From contig JBMYOQ010000003.1 in the NCBI GenBank assembly GCA_049599475.1, forward strand, positions 64,001 to 128,000: DNA of 64,000 nt. Direction: 5' to 3'. The position numbers and the translations under genes were made by a program. Below the pieces are notes generated by a model, which did not search any database, was not told where the DNA came from, and worked only from the letters and a program-made list of their open reading frames with translations. Positions within the stretch are counted from its first letter, which is position 1. Each line of letters opens with the position of its first letter. Positions 58,676 to 64,000 of this stretch are shown piece by piece. Source of the DNA: Opitutales bacterium. Lineage in GTDB: Bacteria; Verrucomicrobiota; Verrucomicrobiia; Opitutales; JABSRG01.

Positions 58676-58975
58676 TTATGCGGCAGAACTAGATGTATCG
58701 GCAGAAGCAACATTTCCTTCAGTCTTCAAACCACCCTCTTGAGGGGCATCGACTTCTTGGCTTTCAACTGCTTCGGTGTGCGAAGCGTGGCTACTACGAA
58801 TACTGCTTACTATTATTTGGACGAAGAACTTCATGACAATTGCGGCAAGCAAGCAGGCTATGGCTGCATCACGAAGAACGGGGATAAAATTGCTCCCAAA
58901 CATCATACCATTGAAAAATGTGACAGAGAAAGCGATGAAGCTTCCAAGACAAATTGCAAATTTGGCTGAATGCAT
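58676..58975 (-). CDS. Small two-TM membrane protein between flhF and fliA
   Basis: Two hydrophobic helices and a polar tail; tight spacing within the operon. Confidence 0.7.
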   Translation of the reverse strand: MHSAKFAICLGSFIAFSVTFFNGMMFGSNFIPVLRDAAIACLLAAIVMKFFVQIIVSSIRSSHASHTEAVESQEVDAPQEGGLKTEGNVASADTSSSAA

Positions 58976-58998
58976 AGGGGAATTTTATAAGGTTTTGA

Positions 58999-60183
58999 TT
59001 ACAGAAGTTTGCGGGGGAAAGTGCGCTCTAAGAGTGCACTCAATACATCATCAGAGTAGTCTCCGGCCACGTTCTGACCGTAACTAGCGAAAAGCGGACT
59101 TAGCCCGCTGTGGCGAACAATCGGCCAAAGCTTAGTAGCCTGACTGAGCTCGTCTAAATGTGTAAATACAAGATGCGTTGCGCCCAGGGTGCTACCCATT
59201 CTCAAGGCATCACGTATCATAGAACTTTCATAGACCGTATTGATAATTAATATACGAGTATCGACTTTCATATCGTCCAGAGAGCGCCTTACGCGAATCC
59301 AATCTTCTTCGCGGGAACGATGTATGCCTGGAAAATCTAAATATACGGTTTCGTTATCAGGGATTTGGTTAAGAGAAGCAGGGTCACGGAAAAAATTTGC
59401 ACCCATTACATCACAAAACAAACGGAGAGCATCATCTGGGTTGGGCATATCTTGATCTACTTTCAAGACATGAACCCGTGCTCCTTTCATGAGCACATCG
59501 TGACTGATTCGTTTGCATAGTGCTGTAGTTTTGCCGACTCCCGGTGTACCTAAGAAAGCCATACGACCGGTTACGTTGACGGTATCTATACGCTCATAGT
59601 CTTGGCGAAGCCATCTCGAAACTTCAGTAAGGGCTCTTGGAACCGGTAATTCACAAATTTTTTCCCACTTGGGAGAGTTTTCCAGTGATGTTAGCAATGT
59701 ATTATCAAAACCTGCGGTTCTGAGCACCTTAGATAAATTTACATTATCAATATCAGGTGCATCTCGGCGGTATGCTTTTGTCGGATTTTTGCGAACATTC
59801 GGCTTAGCTTCAGCCTTTGATTCTACAGGGCTACTGGTATTGGGTTCTTCATTATCATCAACCGGGCTTTCGAAATTTTCCTGATCTGGAGTTTCTTCAT
59901 CGTCAGGTAATGTTACATTGAAACGTTGGCCCGGAGCGTGTGCCTTTACATCATCGTTCTCCTCCGCCGGTATGTGTGAAACGACTTCAAGCTTCGGAGA
60001 CGAGAGGAAGCGACTCAATCCCTGTCCATCGATTTGACGAACAGACAACACGCGGCCCTGTCCCCCCATTCTCTCCTGGATGATCTTCACCGCTTCTTCC
60101 GCACTACGCACTACAAACCTGTATTTCTTCCCCGGAATGATCTTCGGATCTGGTTTGGAGACGGTAGTACTAGTGTTCGACAT
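58999..60183 (-). CDS. flhF: Flagellar SRP-family GTPase FlhF (degenerate motifs)
   Basis: N-terminal FVVRSAEEAVKIIQERMG..VLSVRQ (FlhF B-domain start), GTPGVGKTT, THLDE and GQNV; upstream of fliA. Confidence 0.82.
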   Translation of the reverse strand: MSNTSTTVSKPDPKIIPGKKYRFVVRSAEEAVKIIQERMGGQGRVLSVRQIDGQGLSRFLSSPKLEVVSHIPAEENDDVKAHAPGQRFNVTLPDDEETPDQENFESPVDDNEEPNTSSPVESKAEAKPNVRKNPTKAYRRDAPDIDNVNLSKVLRTAGFDNTLLTSLENSPKWEKICELPVPRALTEVSRWLRQDYERIDTVNVTGRMAFLGTPGVGKTTALCKRISHDVLMKGARVHVLKVDQDMPNPDDALRLFCDVMGANFFRDPASLNQIPDNETVYLDFPGIHRSREEDWIRVRRSLDDMKVDTRILIINTVYESSMIRDALRMGSTLGATHLVFTHLDELSQATKLWPIVRHSGLSPLFASYGQNVAGDYSDDVLSALLERTFPRKLL

Positions 60184-60197
60184 TTTCGGCGAGAGAT

Positions 60198-60386
60198 CTA
60201 CTTGCGGTTAGAGAGGTGGCGAAGAGCTTGATAGCGAACTGAACCTTTGACCGGAAACCATTGGTAAAGCCGGCGGCGGAATCCAAGAATCTGAGCGTTG
60301 GGAGGAAAAGCGCATCCCACCACGGCACCGCTGGCATGATTGGCAGCGCTGCTGTTGTTGCTTTCACTCGTGATTGAGGCAGTCAT
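60198..60386 (-). CDS. Small hypothetical protein (62 aa) leading the flhF operon
   Basis: ATG 60386, stop 14 nt before flhF; MTASITSESNN...GFRRRLYQWFPVKGSVRYQALRHLSNRK. Confidence 0.45.
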   Translation of the reverse strand: MTASITSESNNSSAANHASGAVVGCAFPPNAQILGFRRRLYQWFPVKGSVRYQALRHLSNRK

Positions 60387-60611
60387 GCCAAAAGTTAAGC
60401 ATACCGGATACCTTCGACCGTGCCAGTTACACAAACCCCTCATAAACAACGATTTATATTCATAAAATTTTTTATTCAAGATTTCTACATTCGATCCGAT
60501 GCCCCATCTGGCATTCTGTTCCCACCTACGGCTTCCCACAAAATGGTATTATTTTCTCAATTTCGTCTGGGTTCCCCTTTGATGGCAACCTAGGTGCTCT
60601 TTGAATCGACG

Positions 60612-61829
60612 ATGCCCAATCGACGCCGTTTTCTAGCACAGTCTATCACTGCTGCGACTACTCTCCCGGGATTTTTGCAGAGCGCCTACGCCGCGAGCAA
60701 GCCCGAGGAGCTCTTCAAAACTCGCGATGCCACGGCTTTTATGCCGAAGCTCGCTCCTCTCCGGATTTCACACGACCGTATTATCCGCAAAACGGTCGGA
60801 CTTCGGCCTTTTCGGACTGAGGGTCCGAATCTCACAGTAGAGAAGCTGGCAGAAAAGACCGTATGCCATAATTATGGCCACGGCGGCAGCGGATGGTCTT
60901 TATCCTGGGGTTCAAGCAAGATCGCAGTGGAAAATGCACTGAAGATGGGAGCCGAGTCTTTCGCCGTGCTCGGTTGCGGCGCCCTGGGAATGACCAGTGC
61001 CCTTCTCCTTTTGAAGCACGGAAAAAAAGTCACCATTTATGCCAAAGAGCAGCACCCCCGGATAACCTCCAGCGTGGCCACAGGTGTTTGGTCTCCCGAA
61101 TCCCGTTTCTGCCTCAAGGCATTCGAGAGTCCGGAGAAGGAAGCATTCTGGGCATCCATGTGTCTCGAGTCTTATAATAGATACCAATTCCTGGTGGGTC
61201 TTCCCGGACACCCGATCGAATGGGCCGACACCTACTTTGTTTCCGACAAATCCAGCGAACAGCGCAAGGCCGAACGCGAAGCTTTCTACGAAGCCAATCC
61301 AACAGAGGCACGTTTCGCTCACTTCGAGAATATGGCGCAGGAGCTATCTCCTAAATCCGAGAACCTTCCCGACGAGATTAGCCCGTTTCGCAAACCCTAT
61401 GTGAGCAAGAACCGCCGGATGATTTTCAATATTTCTGCCTACTCGAAATATTTGATGGACGAAATTCGATTAAACGGAGGCAAGATTGTCGAGCGCACCT
61501 TCAAGTCCAAGGACGATATCGCGAATCTCGACGAACCTACAGTCGTCAATTGCACAGGCCTGGGCTCCAAGAAACTTTTCTCAGATGAAAAAATGGTGCC
61601 GGTTCGCGGGCAACTCCTCGCGCTGATCCCGCAGACCGAAGTGAATTACGGTTTGAGCACCGACGACGCCTACATGCTGCCCCGCAGAGATGGCATCCTA
61701 CTAGGCACGAGCCGCAACGGGGACTACGGAAGCACAGATCTATCAGTCAATGAAGAGCAAACCGACACCGCAATCATGGCCATCAGCGCAGCAGCATCGA
61801 CTCTGAAGTTCTCTGCTCGCAAGGTCTAG
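60612..61829 (+). CDS. Tat-exported FAD-dependent oxidoreductase, D-amino-acid oxidase family, circularly permuted
   Basis: NRRRFL Tat motif; GLRPFR and HNYGHGGSGWSLSWG precede the GCGALG dinucleotide motif; VVNCTGLG and PVRGQ. Confidence 0.85.
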   Translation: MPNRRRFLAQSITAATTLPGFLQSAYAASKPEELFKTRDATAFMPKLAPLRISHDRIIRKTVGLRPFRTEGPNLTVEKLAEKTVCHNYGHGGSGWSLSWGSSKIAVENALKMGAESFAVLGCGALGMTSALLLLKHGKKVTIYAKEQHPRITSSVATGVWSPESRFCLKAFESPEKEAFWASMCLESYNRYQFLVGLPGHPIEWADTYFVSDKSSEQRKAEREAFYEANPTEARFAHFENMAQELSPKSENLPDEISPFRKPYVSKNRRMIFNISAYSKYLMDEIRLNGGKIVERTFKSKDDIANLDEPTVVNCTGLGSKKLFSDEKMVPVRGQLLALIPQTEVNYGLSTDDAYMLPRRDGILLGTSRNGDYGSTDLSVNEEQTDTAIMAISAAASTLKFSARKV

Positions 61830-61916
61830 GCTGAGGGCCCGAGCAGACGCTCCTTTGTTTGCCAAATCGTATATTCATTCGACAAAGAACAGAGATTCCG
61901 CCACCTCATCTAGCTC

Positions 61917-62891
61917 GTGGCGGTCTCCCCTCTAGATATATCGATTAAAATATTTCCGGTTTTCTTCATCATATGCAGTGGTGTCGCTATCCGGAGGCTC
62001 AATTGGTTGAAACCAGAGGGCGACAGCTCGCTCATTAAGCTGCTTATCAATGTGTTGATGCCCTGCTTGGCATTTACACACATCGTCAATAATCCGGCCC
62101 TACAAAACCCGTCCAACCTCTGGCTCCCGCCACTCACCGGGGTCATCTCTATCCTCCTGGGAATCGGGATTGGTTGGCTGGCTATGCGGTGGTTTCGACC
62201 AGGAGCCCACAAACCGCGCCGTACCTTTGCGTTGACGGTTGGGATTTTCAACTACGGCTACTTTGCCATTCCCCTCGCCCTTGCTCTTTATGGAGAGCAC
62301 GTGGTTGGCGTGCAGTTTCTCTTCAACTTGGGGGTCGAGGCTACCTTATGGTCCGTAGGCGTCGCCCTGCTTCGCAATCCAGGCGAGGCGAATTCATTCT
62401 GGGAAAACATTCGACTCTCTATCACGCCTCCAGTCGTCGCGATCTTCATTTCGATGCTGCTCAACGTCTCTGGTATCGGTCTACACATTCCTGATGCGGT
62501 GATCGGCGCTTCCGACCTACTGGGACGCTGCGCCATTCCAATCGGAGTCCTCCTGGTCGGGGCAAATCTGCACGACCTCGTTCGCGATAATAAGGACTGG
62601 TATAAAGACTGGCAGATTCCCCTACTCGCCTGTTTCCTCCGCCTTTTGCTCGTCCCCATAATCTTTCTACTGATCTGCCGCGTCCTTCCACTTACCGACG
62701 AGCTCAGCCGTGTGTGTGTGATCGCGGCATCTGTCCCGAGTGGTATTTTCCCGATTGTCATGGCTCGTATTTATGGCGGCGATACGCTGGTAGCCCTTCG
62801 AGTCGTTATCTCAACCACCCTTGTAGGGGTTTTCACGATACCCCTTTGGATTTCTTTTGGAGAACAATTTTTAAGCGTCCGAGTCCCTTAA
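61917..62891 (+). CDS. AEC (auxin efflux carrier / malate permease) family transporter
   Basis: About 10 TMs; NVLMPCL.F, NYGYFAIP, PPVVAI, AIPIG, SVPSG and YGGD. Confidence 0.88.
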   Translation: MAVSPLDISIKIFPVFFIICSGVAIRRLNWLKPEGDSSLIKLLINVLMPCLAFTHIVNNPALQNPSNLWLPPLTGVISILLGIGIGWLAMRWFRPGAHKPRRTFALTVGIFNYGYFAIPLALALYGEHVVGVQFLFNLGVEATLWSVGVALLRNPGEANSFWENIRLSITPPVVAIFISMLLNVSGIGLHIPDAVIGASDLLGRCAIPIGVLLVGANLHDLVRDNKDWYKDWQIPLLACFLRLLLVPIIFLLICRVLPLTDELSRVCVIAASVPSGIFPIVMARIYGGDTLVALRVVISTTLVGVFTIPLWISFGEQFLSVRVP

Positions 62892-62894
62892 CCC

Positions 62895-63959
62895 ATGAGA
62901 CCTTCTATTCTCACGCTGGCATCAGCCATCGGCATTTCACTCACAATGCTTCCAGCCACATTCGCGGAGGAGGATCGCGATTACGGTAGCCTAGCCTTCT
63001 ACCTCGACAACGATCTCTTTGTCGGCTCCGACTCCGATTATACCAACGGCGCCCGCATTTCCTATATTTCGAGAGATATCGACCCTGCAGAGCTGCCCGC
63101 AGTGCAAGCTCAATTGCGACGTATAAGCGGCGACCCACAGAGTTGGTCGTTTGTTCAAAACATGGTGGGATTCCAGGAGCCCGAAACCATCCGCTACCAA
63201 TGGGGCATAGCCCTCACTCAATTGATGTTCACTCCAGAAGACCTCAATGCCCCGTCCGCCCCAGAAGGTGAGCGCCCCTATGCCGGCTGGCTAGGCTTGG
63301 GATTCTCTCTACATGTGAAAGACCCACATGCCATAAACTCTGTAGAGCTTACACTGGGGCTCGTCGGTCCACAGGCATTTGCTAAAGAAGCACAGGACTT
63401 TGTCCATGACGTTCGCGGATTCGCGCGCTTCGAAGGCTGGGACAGCCAAATCCCGAATGAGCCCACCCTAAACCTACATCTATCACAAAAACGCCGAATT
63501 CGATTCCTCGAGCACCTAAGCCTCCCACTCTCTTCAGATGGATTTCTCGAGCTGGGATCCGATCTCGGCACCTTTCGCACATCGGCGTATCTAGGCACGA
63601 TGTCACGTTTCGGATACAATCTCCCCGTGGATTTCTCGGATCCCCGCATCTCTCTCACCGCAAATACCCAGAAGATCGGCATCAATGACAATGAAAACAC
63701 TGGGCGATTTTCTGTCTACGGCATCATTGGGGGCAGAGCCACCGCAGTCGCCCATGATATTACCCTAGACGGACCCCTTTTCAGGGATTTCGATACAGGT
63801 GTTTCAAGTCGCCCGTGGGTTGCGGAGGCCTACCTTGGATTTGGAGCACGATGGAGTAATTGGGAAATGAGCTTCGTGCACACCTATCGTACCCGTGAAT
63901 TCGAAAGCCAAGCAGACGCACAAAGCTTTGGGTCTGTGGTAATCCGGGCCGTATTCTAG
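62895..63959 (+). CDS. Lipid A 3'-O-deacylase LpxR family (DUF2219) outer-membrane protein
   Basis: Signal peptide; DNDLF..SDSDYTNG, QLMFTP, RPYAGWL, GWDSQIPNE, DITLDG, EFESQ and C-terminal Phe. Confidence 0.88.
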   Translation: MRPSILTLASAIGISLTMLPATFAEEDRDYGSLAFYLDNDLFVGSDSDYTNGARISYISRDIDPAELPAVQAQLRRISGDPQSWSFVQNMVGFQEPETIRYQWGIALTQLMFTPEDLNAPSAPEGERPYAGWLGLGFSLHVKDPHAINSVELTLGLVGPQAFAKEAQDFVHDVRGFARFEGWDSQIPNEPTLNLHLSQKRRIRFLEHLSLPLSSDGFLELGSDLGTFRTSAYLGTMSRFGYNLPVDFSDPRISLTANTQKIGINDNENTGRFSVYGIIGGRATAVAHDITLDGPLFRDFDTGVSSRPWVAEAYLGFGARWSNWEMSFVHTYRTREFESQADAQSFGSVVIRAVF

Positions 63960-64000
63960 GAGCAGTTGCCTGTGATTCGCGTAATCGAGTCGCTCGAATA

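Noticed and set aside
60409..60426. sigma54 promoter for the flhF operon (minus strand CTGGCACGGTCGAAGGTA)
   Set aside because: The -24 element is perfect but the -12 position reads GG instead of GC; not enough to call, though worth a TSS check.

Overview
64 kb of a bacterial chromosome, most consistent with a flagellated member of the Verrucomicrobiota (Opitutae-like). This is an inference from the DUF1549/DUF1553 + DUF1501 pair, the eukaryote-like UDP-glucose dehydrogenase and the gene content. Housekeeping genes (efp, pilD, aroE, rluA-type, yicC, trpB, dcd, ugd, ndk, HU, DAHP synthase, mdh, malQ, trpS, lysC, thrC) are interleaved with a dense signalling and motility complement. This includes a hybrid histidine kinase, an RsbU/STAS pair and chemosensory cluster 1 (REC-PP2C-kinase partner switch, cheW, STAS, cheA-REC, cheB, cheR, receiver). 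It also includes a GAF-fused PilB ATPase, chemosensory cluster 2 (nonsense-interrupted soluble MCP-like gene, cheY, cheA, MCP, cheW, cheR, cheB) ending in a BLUF photoreceptor, and a convergent flhF-fliA-motAB block. Best candidates for undescribed biology are: (1) a BLUF blue-light sensor at the end of a che operon next to motAB; (2) a divergent ExbB/ExbD-like (MotA/MotB-type) gene pair whose B subunit carries a long coiled coil and a trypsin-like head; (3) a CrsR/HsbR-type partner switch embedded in a receptor-less che cluster; (4) a candidate sigma54-driven small RNA; (5) a soluble MCP-like protein with a multi-copy IELF tail, split by one in-frame TAA. I saw no tRNA, rRNA, CRISPR array or transposase. 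Two GTAG-type REP doublets lie in convergent intergenic gaps. All calls come from reading motifs by eye; no searches were run.
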